The notes under the pieces: model-generated
The model's database searches: none
Told to the model about the DNA's origin: nothing
What the model saw: the letters and a program-made list of their open reading frames with translations, nothing else
Translations under genes and position numbers: made by a program
Source: Clostridia bacterium
GTDB taxonomy: Bacteria; Bacillota; Clostridia; Christensenellales; Borkfalkiaceae
Direction of reading: 5' to 3'
DNA: 64,000 nt
NCBI GenBank assembly: GCA_900764105.1
Contig: CAAFMS010000013.1
Coordinates: 28,445 to 92,444, forward strand
Shown: piece by piece, positions 57,538 to 64,000 of the stretch
Layout: each line of letters opens with the position of its first letter
Numbering within the stretch: the first letter of the stretch is position 1

Positions 57538-60189
57538 TTATTCCTTGAACAGATATTTCCTCTCGAAGAACATAGAGGTTGCGAAAAGCGATACCGCGAG
57601 AATAATTACCGCAGAGGCTTTCATTACGTTTCTGCGGCTCGTTTTTACTATCGACGAGTCTTTGACGTACCCCGTTTTGCCGTCGTATAAAATCTCCGCG
57701 TAACCGTCTTTAACGGAGAGCAGATATACCTTCTTATTTTTTTCAATGACGTCCGTTTCCGTTTCGAGGTCGTCCGAATATACCGTCGCGCCGCCTTTCG
57801 CGTAAACGTAGCCGCTGTCGACGTTCGTGTAAACTCCGTCGGACAAAAAGCCCTCTCTTAAAAACGAGACGGGTATAAATCCCTGTTTTTCGCCTTGTTT
57901 TACGACGTAATAATCTTTGCCGTTAAATGTGACTTTGCCCGTAATTTCGACCGCCGAACGTTTTTCGATATCTTCGCCGAGAATATACGGCTTACTTAAA
58001 ACGGGTATTCCGTACAAGCCGAAGTCTACCGCCGCGTACATTTTCCTGCCGTCTGCGGCTGTAAGTCCGAAAACGCTGTCGCTGACTAAATCGGTCTTTC
58101 TGGCGATTGCCGTCTTGCCCTCTTTCATTATGAAGTAGTACTTGTCGCCGAGGTCTTTTATAACGTATTCGTCCTTGCCGTCTTCTTTCGCGAATCGTCT
58201 GAACGGGAAATATTCGTTTTCGAAATTCTTTTCGGTCTCGAAGAGTTTTGCCCCTTCGCGTATTTTTCCGAAAGAAATATTCTGCGAATATTTAACGTCG
58301 AAAGTGTCGGGAATTTTTATCGTATACGGCGTCGCTATATCGAGGTCGGCGGCGTTCGACGAGTTTAAGATAAAGCCGTTGAAAATGAAGAACGCCTTGT
58401 CGGAATCGCACGACAGACACATTGATTTCGCAGGTTCTATATCGCCGAGGTTCGACGAGGTTTCTATCGTCATTTTAACGTTCTCGCGGTAAATTACGTT
58501 GTTTTTGAACAGCGCGTAAAGGTTTCCGTCGAGGTCGGTCTGAAGGTTTAAAAGAGAATCTTTTTCCTCGGTTATCGTATAGGGAAGAGCGGTTTCGACG
58601 CCGTTCGCGTATTGATAAAAGTTATACTTGCCGTTTTCGTAAACAGACCAGTATAAAGCCCCGAACACGTCGCAGGTTATTTCGCCCGCTCTCGATTCGT
58701 TTCCGGTAGTATGTAATTCGTCAAGAGAAAATTCCTCTTTCGTCACGTCGAGGGTGTAAATTACGGGTCGGATTTTTCCGTCCGTATACGACGTGAAACT
58801 CAGAACGTAAAACTTGCCGTCCATATAGCAAACGTCGTCTATCGAGTTCGGAAGCTTTCCCGTCTGATTGTTTATCGTAACATTTTTGAGTTCGCACGGC
58901 AAAATTGGGTTGTTCTCGTCCGAATAGTCGATTTTAAGCAGAGACACGTCCGAGCCTCTGACGAGAAGTATATATCCGTTTCCGACCGCGAAATTTTCTA
59001 CGCTTCCTATGTTTATGTTGTCGTCTACGAGATTTATGCGGTTGTACGTTCTGTTTTCGGAATTTATATCGTTTATTATGACTATTCTCGTTCCGTCGAG
59101 GGCGTAGATTTTATCGCCTTCCATTACGATTTTCGAAGCGTTCGCCGTGAGACGGTTTACAGCCGACGAGTTGGTCGTGATCGCGAATTTCGTGAACGTT
59201 CTCGTCTTTAATTCTATTTCCTGTACTGCGTTTATATCTATATCGACTATCCAAAGTCCCGTTTCGGTAAGGCAGATGCCTCTCGGATTCCACAGTTTGC
59301 CGAGGTCTTTCGTCTCGCCGTCGGGGATCGATATTTTACAGATGGTGACTATGTCGTTTCCGTTGTAGTTGGGGTTGACGGAGTAAACGCCCGTATCGGT
59401 GGTGAAGTAGACGTTATTGTCCGACGCGTCCTCGCTTTCGGCAATCGAACGGACGTCCGAAAGTCCGCTTACGATCGTTCTCGTAGTATTCTCCGTCTGG
59501 TCGTATTCGGTAATAACGCATTTGTCGTCCGCTTTCGCGCTGTTCGCCGCAAAGTAGGTCTTGCCGTTTTTCGAGAGCATAACCGACTTTAAATCGCCTT
59601 TGTTTATGGCGAGATCTTCCCGTTCGGCAAAGCCGAGTCCCGTCTCGGTTTCGGTAAGTTCGTAATAGGTGACCTGCGTGGAAGTCGTAACGGCGAGAAG
59701 ATTGCCGCACACCGAGAAACTGTTGCTGCAAGAACAGACCGTTCTCACGCTTTCGCCGATATTGTTAAAGTCCGAAATGTCAACGTAGTATATGTACGAT
59801 TTCTGAGTGAAGAGGAGATATTTCCCGAATCTCGCGAGCGAGGGAACGCCCTCGTCGTCCTCGTTATAGCCTTCGAGCGGAATTTTCTTGAACGTCTCGT
59901 TTCCCGTGTCTTTATCGTTGTCGTAGACGACTATTTCGCCCGCGTGGGAAATCGCCACGAACTCGCTGTTGCCGTTTTTATACCGACAGATGGCGTAAGG
60001 TTTGTTGAGTTTGTAGTATTGCAGATAACTCGTCGGCAAAAATATGTCCGTGGAAACCTTCTTTTCCGCCGTTTCTTCCGTCGTAGCGGCTTCGTTTTCG
60101 GCTTTTGCAGTCGGATAGCCCGAAAGGGGAGTAGTTGCAAATCCTATTATCGCAAGTAATATTAAAAACAAAGACATGACTTTTTTCAT
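57538..60189 (-). CDS. Large secreted surface protein (883 aa) with a C-terminal TM anchor and an SH3b-like module.
   Basis: Signal peptide; a long repeat-poor region, possibly beta-propeller-like. GGATVYSDDL...YVKDSSIV is SH3b-like. Terminal TM helix. First gene of an operon with VanZ, ABC-2 and pgm. Confidence 0.5.
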   Translation of the reverse strand: MKKVMSLFLILLAIIGFATTPLSGYPTAKAENEAATTEETAEKKVSTDIFLPTSYLQYYKLNKPYAICRYKNGNSEFVAISHAGEIVVYDNDKDTGNETFKKIPLEGYNEDDEGVPSLARFGKYLLFTQKSYIYYVDISDFNNIGESVRTVCSCSNSFSVCGNLLAVTTSTQVTYYELTETETGLGFAEREDLAINKGDLKSVMLSKNGKTYFAANSAKADDKCVITEYDQTENTTRTIVSGLSDVRSIAESEDASDNNVYFTTDTGVYSVNPNYNGNDIVTICKISIPDGETKDLGKLWNPRGICLTETGLWIVDIDINAVQEIELKTRTFTKFAITTNSSAVNRLTANASKIVMEGDKIYALDGTRIVIINDINSENRTYNRINLVDDNINIGSVENFAVGNGYILLVRGSDVSLLKIDYSDENNPILPCELKNVTINNQTGKLPNSIDDVCYMDGKFYVLSFTSYTDGKIRPVIYTLDVTKEEFSLDELHTTGNESRAGEITCDVFGALYWSVYENGKYNFYQYANGVETALPYTITEEKDSLLNLQTDLDGNLYALFKNNVIYRENVKMTIETSSNLGDIEPAKSMCLSCDSDKAFFIFNGFILNSSNAADLDIATPYTIKIPDTFDVKYSQNISFGKIREGAKLFETEKNFENEYFPFRRFAKEDGKDEYVIKDLGDKYYFIMKEGKTAIARKTDLVSDSVFGLTAADGRKMYAAVDFGLYGIPVLSKPYILGEDIEKRSAVEITGKVTFNGKDYYVVKQGEKQGFIPVSFLREGFLSDGVYTNVDSGYVYAKGGATVYSDDLETETDVIEKNKKVYLLSVKDGYAEILYDGKTGYVKDSSIVKTSRRNVMKASAVIILAVSLFATSMFFERKYLFKE

Positions 60190-60408
60190 TGTTTCTTTCG
60201 CTCGTTTTTCGTTGATATTAGAGAGAATCGTCTCGCATACGCAAAGATATATATTCTCTCATACTAAGTATAACATATAACCAAGCGAGTTGACAATAGT
60301 TTTTTCCTTTTTCGGGGAAAATTTTTGTGTGAAAGTTTTAGGGGATAGGAAATTTTGGTTGTAAAAAACGAGAATCTAATTTTAATTTAAGACGCAAACA
60401 GTTAACTA

Positions 60409-60569
60409 TGCTTTCTCCTTCGGGGAAAGTGGCTTGACGGAATGAAATGGAAGTCAAGACGATAGGGGATAAAAACGAAAATTTGTAAAAATCAGTGCTT
60501 TATTGTCCCCTTCCGTCAAATCTTCGCTGATAGCCGCTCGATTCGCCACCTTCCCCGAAGGAGAAGGCG
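60409..60569. mobile_element. Family B hairpin repeat copy B6.
   Basis: ctttctccttcggggaaagtggcttgacggaatgaaatggaagtcaagacgataggggataaaaa ... tttattgtccccttccgtcaaatcttcgctgatagccgctcgattcgccaccttccccgaaggagaaggcg. Confidence 0.6.
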
Positions 60570-60653
60570 AGGGATTTAATCGATAAGGTCGCATTTTTCG
60601 GGATATAGATGCGATTTTTTTACAGCCTCGAAACGTTCGGAATACGGAATATA

Positions 60654-62090
60654 TTATCGGCTGTTTTTGCGACCGCGTTTGATTTTGCGGTAAAGTCGCT
60701 CCTTGTCGATTGTAATGACCGATTTGCCGCCGTCCTTCTTTTCGGGCTTCGGTCTCGACATTATGAAATATCTCAGTTCGTCCAGACTGTGGTCGTCTAC
60801 CTTTTTCGGGACGTCGCCGTCCCCCCACCTGTAACGTTTTAACTCTCTTATCAGGTTAGTACATGTTTTGAAAATGTACAGTCTGTCGTTTTTTAAGTAT
60901 TCTTTTACCCTTGCTATGCCCGAAAATAAGTCCTTGTTTACTTTGGGATTTACTAAAATTCCGTAGTCGTAAAACAATTCGGTCACGCTCTTTAAGGACG
61001 ACAAAGTCTTTTGATTTGCCGCCGAGTCGATTAAGGCTCGTATACGCCCGTCGTTATCCCGTCGCCAGCCTATTTGGTCGCATTTTTTCTTTATCGCTTC
61101 GCTATGGTATTCCACGTCCTTCCCCGACTCGAAGTGTTCCGCCACGACGTAGACGGTGTCGTCGTAGTCCACGCAGTACCAGTGAGCCGACAACGGATTG
61201 TTAAGCCCCGGGTCTATCGAAATATTGTTCTGCCAGTCGAAAGGGAAGTCGAAAGGTTCGATAACGTGCTTGTTTTCGTCAAATTCGGGATAAACAAGCC
61301 CCGAACACGCCTTAAATTCGCCGTATCGCCTCGTCCTTAGTTCTTCCTCGCTCATAGACGAATCGAGTCCGTCGATTTCGTCTTTCGATAAAAACGGATT
61401 ATCCGCCCATTCGACGAATTCGCACCAGACCTCGTCGGAATTTCCGCTGTTTAAGTAAATCTCTTCATAGACGAAAGTCAGCCCTTTCAACGGGGTCATA
61501 GTGCCGAAAACGTCCCCTCTTTTGTCGATTACCCGCATAAGGCACTCTCTGTATACGTCCTCGGGCGGTTCTTCGTCGAACCAGACGTAATCGAGCGAAC
61601 TGCCTTGAAATTTCTCCCTGCCCTGATCGCAACTTTTAAAACCTATCGTCGATATTCCGCCGAACACGTTTTTGACCTTTATCTGATCGATTACGCCCCC
61701 CTCGGGGTCGCCGCGCTTACCTGAACTCATTACGACTTCCTTTATCCATTCCTTGGGCAGATATTTGAGGATTTTGCTCTGCGCGACGTCTCTTTGGACT
61801 TCTCGGGAGAGGGAAACGACCCATCCGAAAGTGTCTTTTCTGTTTTCCCTGTAAGGGTGAATACCCCTCGCCATATATACGGTTTCGACTGCGCCGCATT
61901 CGGTTTTACCGCTTCGGTTTCCGCCGAACACCCACCTGTTTCGTTTTTTGCATTTATGAAAAGCAACTTGCTTTTCGTGTGTTTTTGCGCCCGTGTTGTA
62001 GTTGTAAATAGGCAAACTTTTACGCCTTTCTATTTCCTCTTCCACGCGTTTTATAGCCTTTACGGTCTCTTCCGAGTTCATTTTCGACAC
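60654..62090 (-). CDS. Phage terminase large subunit (TerL), solitary.
   Basis: Walker A FGGNRSGKTE, Walker B DYVWFDEE, and a C-terminal RNaseH-like nuclease region. 478 aa. No portal, capsid, small-terminase or integrase genes nearby. Confidence 0.7.
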   Translation of the reverse strand: MSKMNSEETVKAIKRVEEEIERRKSLPIYNYNTGAKTHEKQVAFHKCKKRNRWVFGGNRSGKTECGAVETVYMARGIHPYRENRKDTFGWVVSLSREVQRDVAQSKILKYLPKEWIKEVVMSSGKRGDPEGGVIDQIKVKNVFGGISTIGFKSCDQGREKFQGSSLDYVWFDEEPPEDVYRECLMRVIDKRGDVFGTMTPLKGLTFVYEEIYLNSGNSDEVWCEFVEWADNPFLSKDEIDGLDSSMSEEELRTRRYGEFKACSGLVYPEFDENKHVIEPFDFPFDWQNNISIDPGLNNPLSAHWYCVDYDDTVYVVAEHFESGKDVEYHSEAIKKKCDQIGWRRDNDGRIRALIDSAANQKTLSSLKSVTELFYDYGILVNPKVNKDLFSGIARVKEYLKNDRLYIFKTCTNLIRELKRYRWGDGDVPKKVDDHSLDELRYFIMSRPKPEKKDGGKSVITIDKERLYRKIKRGRKNSR

Positions 62091-62156
62091 AATCTCCTTT
62101 TTTACGAAATTTATTTATGTTTTTTTCGGTAGTAGCGAAGTTATAATTATCGTACT

Positions 62157-62930
62157 ATGAAAAAACTCGTTATTTCACTTTTTACCATATTGTCCGTTAT
62201 CGTTACGGGACTTTTCGTCGCGTTCGGTTCCGCCCAAAAAAAATTCGCCGTTGCCGCAGAGGAAAGGTACTCCCGAGTGCTTGGCGAAAACGTGGTTTTA
62301 TATATGGACTCGTCTATGACGATGCCGTGGTTTACTCTTCCGTACAGTTATTACGTCAAGGTTATAAGCGTTAGCGGAACGGCGGCGAAGGTGGAATATC
62401 GCGGCGGCGGTTCGAAGCCGTCGGCTAAGGGGTACATAGACGTTTCGGAACTTAATATCGTCGAGGAAACGCCGTCCGTGATTTTTCCCAATCTCACTTT
62501 AACGGTCAATCAGAACTGTATGCTGTATAAAGACACCGACTTCACGATAGCCGAAACTGTAACGCAAAACAGTACTGCGGACTTCTACGGAATACTCGTT
62601 CGCCCGAACGGGGAAAAGTTTATTTATTCGCTCGTAACCACGACCTCGGGAGACAAATACGTGGGCTATATGTCGATTAACGCCGTTTCTGAGTTTACAA
62701 TACCTGTTTTGAAAGTGGAGGCGGAAACGCCCGACGAAAGCCTTTCGGGGGAGTCCGATTCGGGTAAAGACGACGCCGCAAAAACGGGCAACGGACTACA
62801 ACTCGCAATTATCATAGCGGTGTCGGCGGTTGCGATTTCCATAGTATACTTATTATTTCGCCCGTCGGGCAAGGGCAGAGCGAAAGACGAAGCGATAACC
62901 TCGAACGAGTTTGACGACAACGACTACTGA
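62157..62930 (+). CDS. Membrane-anchored secreted protein of unknown function.
   Basis: N-terminal signal/TM plus a C-terminal TM (LQLAIIIAVSAVAISIVYLLF) with an acidic tail. A terminator-like hairpin at 62978-63005. Confidence 0.45.
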   Translation: MKKLVISLFTILSVIVTGLFVAFGSAQKKFAVAAEERYSRVLGENVVLYMDSSMTMPWFTLPYSYYVKVISVSGTAAKVEYRGGGSKPSAKGYIDVSELNIVEETPSVIFPNLTLTVNQNCMLYKDTDFTIAETVTQNSTADFYGILVRPNGEKFIYSLVTTTSGDKYVGYMSINAVSEFTIPVLKVEAETPDESLSGESDSGKDDAAKTGNGLQLAIIIAVSAVAISIVYLLFRPSGKGRAKDEAITSNEFDDNDY

Positions 62931-63040
62931 AAAGTCAGCGACGGCAAAAACCGCGACGACAAAAATTAACCTTCCTTGCTCTCCCCAAAGGGGAAAGCAA
63001 GATGATTAGTTTTTAAATGTCGGCAAGTTGTTTTGCAGGC

Positions 63041-63160
63041 GTAGGGGACGACGCCCTCGGCGTCCCGTGAAACGGGAGTTATATTTTGCTTCGCAAAGTT
63101 AAATTGCCTGTCGCGGTTATATTTGCCTTGCGGCAAGTGATATTACGCTTCGCGTAGTTG
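63041..63160. repeat. Solo family A terminus plus composite repeat C (paralogue of 52141-52268).
   Basis: gtaggggacgacgccctcggcgtcccgtg, then gttatattttgcttcgcaaagttaaattgcctgtcgcggttatatttgccttgcggcaagtg. Confidence 0.5.
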
Positions 63161-63166
63161 TTTTGA

Positions 63167-63685
63167 TTATGAGTTTTTTGAGACCGAACAGGGTTTTAAC
63201 GACTTGCCCGAAGTGTTTCTCAATATTCCGAAATTCGCCGACGAGATCGACTTCGTCGTCTCCCTTTCCAACGCCTCTCCTATAAACGCAAACCTCTTCG
63301 CTTTGATCCTTATCGCTTCCGCGTTTAAGCCTCTCTCTTCGAGTCCTTTCGCGAACTTACCCGTCGCTAACGCCAACTTGCGGTAGTAATTCCTGTTTTT
63401 AACGAGGTTCTCGTCCTCTGTCGCTCCGTCTATGCCGTATTTCTCGATCAGAATTTTTCTGCATTCGGGCTTTAACCCGTCAAGAGATTCGTATATGTTG
63501 ATTCTCAGAAGTAATAATTCCTTTTTCCTTTCGGTAAGCGTCAGAAGTCTCTCGGCTTGCTGCTCGGCGGGAAGTCGACACGAAAAACTCCCCAACGCTT
63601 TCAGAAAAAACTTTTTATCCATACTTTCGATTATATCGCTCATATTTTCGAGGCATACGAGCAAAGCCTTTTGTTCGACAAACAT
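63167..63685 (-). CDS. Hypothetical protein with a sigma-70 region-4-like HTH.
   Basis: LTLTERKKELLLLRINIYESLDGLKPECRKILIEKYGI resembles region 4 / small DNA-binding modules. 172 aa. Confidence 0.4.
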   Translation of the reverse strand: MFVEQKALLVCLENMSDIIESMDKKFFLKALGSFSCRLPAEQQAERLLTLTERKKELLLLRINIYESLDGLKPECRKILIEKYGIDGATEDENLVKNRNYYRKLALATGKFAKGLEERGLNAEAIRIKAKRFAFIGEALERETTKSISSANFGILRNTSGKSLKPCSVSKNS

Positions 63686-64000
63686 TCTGACACCTCCTTT
63701 TTTTTGCTGAAGAACGCGCTCATTATATCCGCGGATTTTTCATTTGCAATACCTTTGTGAACAGTTTTTTTTGTCGCGGAACGAGGTTTTTTCGCCCCTT
63801 GTCTTTCATGCAAAAACGAACAAATGTTCGCGTTGTATTTTACTTTGCAAATAGTGACAAATGTCTGTCGTAATTAAAAGTCAAAAAAGATAGAAATAAG
63901 TCGAATATGGTCGCATAAAAAGTTGTCGTTAAAAAAGCCTTATTTTTATGTGTTTTATTCATTTCTGTCCGACGGAAAAAATATTTTGCTTTTTCTTGAC

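Noticed and set aside
1-64000. CRISPR arrays, rRNA or tRNA genes
   Set aside because: No regularly spaced short direct repeats with unique spacers were seen. The only tandem repeats are 2-4 units in promoter regions. No rRNA-like conserved blocks are present.

Overview
This 64 kb window looks like the chromosome of a spore-forming Clostridia-class Firmicute (spoIIE present; CpG-rich NCG codons, GC near 47-50%). No rRNA, tRNA or CRISPR array was recognised.

The core gene order is as follows.
- Positions 1-9402: der (3' part), then a minus-strand phosphate operon pstS, fused pstC-pstA, pstB, phoU, phoP, phoR, then an SPFH protein and a small RHH protein.
- Positions 9505-13574: a Y-family polymerase plus YolD-like cassette and two hypotheticals.
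- Positions 14084-22718: gap, spoIIE and several acid-tailed surface/membrane proteins.
- Positions 22972-30396: the conserved block rpsB, tsf, pyrH, frr, uppS, cdsA, dxr, rseP.
- Positions 30929-33298: iscU and nifS plus a metallophosphoesterase.
- Positions 33436-45263: an orphan PqqD-like protein, MFS, DegV, a DUF1540-like Cys-rich mini-protein, Sel1, the TldD/TldE pair, MATE and TtcA-like.
- Positions 45423-49793: TetR, feoA, feoA, feoB, a FeoB-associated Cys-rich peptide and an HMA protein.
- Positions 50106-63685: an accessory end holding a membrane-anchored papain-like protease, an AT-rich membrane-anchored HNH nuclease, pgm with an ABC-2/VanZ/giant surface protein operon, a solitary phage terminase large subunit and an HTH protein.

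The most unusual signals are at the DNA level rather than in any gene.
1. A 14-16-mer, TATAAGTCGATTAACG, is massively over-represented (about 11 exact or near-exact copies plus at least 6 degenerate ones in 64 kb). Nearly all copies sit in one orientation. They occur in intergenic DNA and inside unrelated CDSs in different frames (repeatedly encoding KSIN), and once as an inverted pair around a terminator.
2. At least three families of hairpin-forming MITE-like repeats are present: family A with 27-bp palindromic TIRs CGGGACGTCGGGGCGCCGTCCCCTACG, family B with termini CGCTTCCTCCTTCGGGGGAAGTGGC, and an A-associated composite C. Their density is about one per 6-10 kb, and some are nested or flanked by long direct repeats.
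3. Operator-like tandem repeats with consensus sigma-A promoters lie upstream of the protease and HNH genes.

I cannot tell from sequence alone whether the polar 16-mer is an uptake-signal-like or architecture-type motif or the att/target site of the small elements. I consider it the best candidate for something undescribed.
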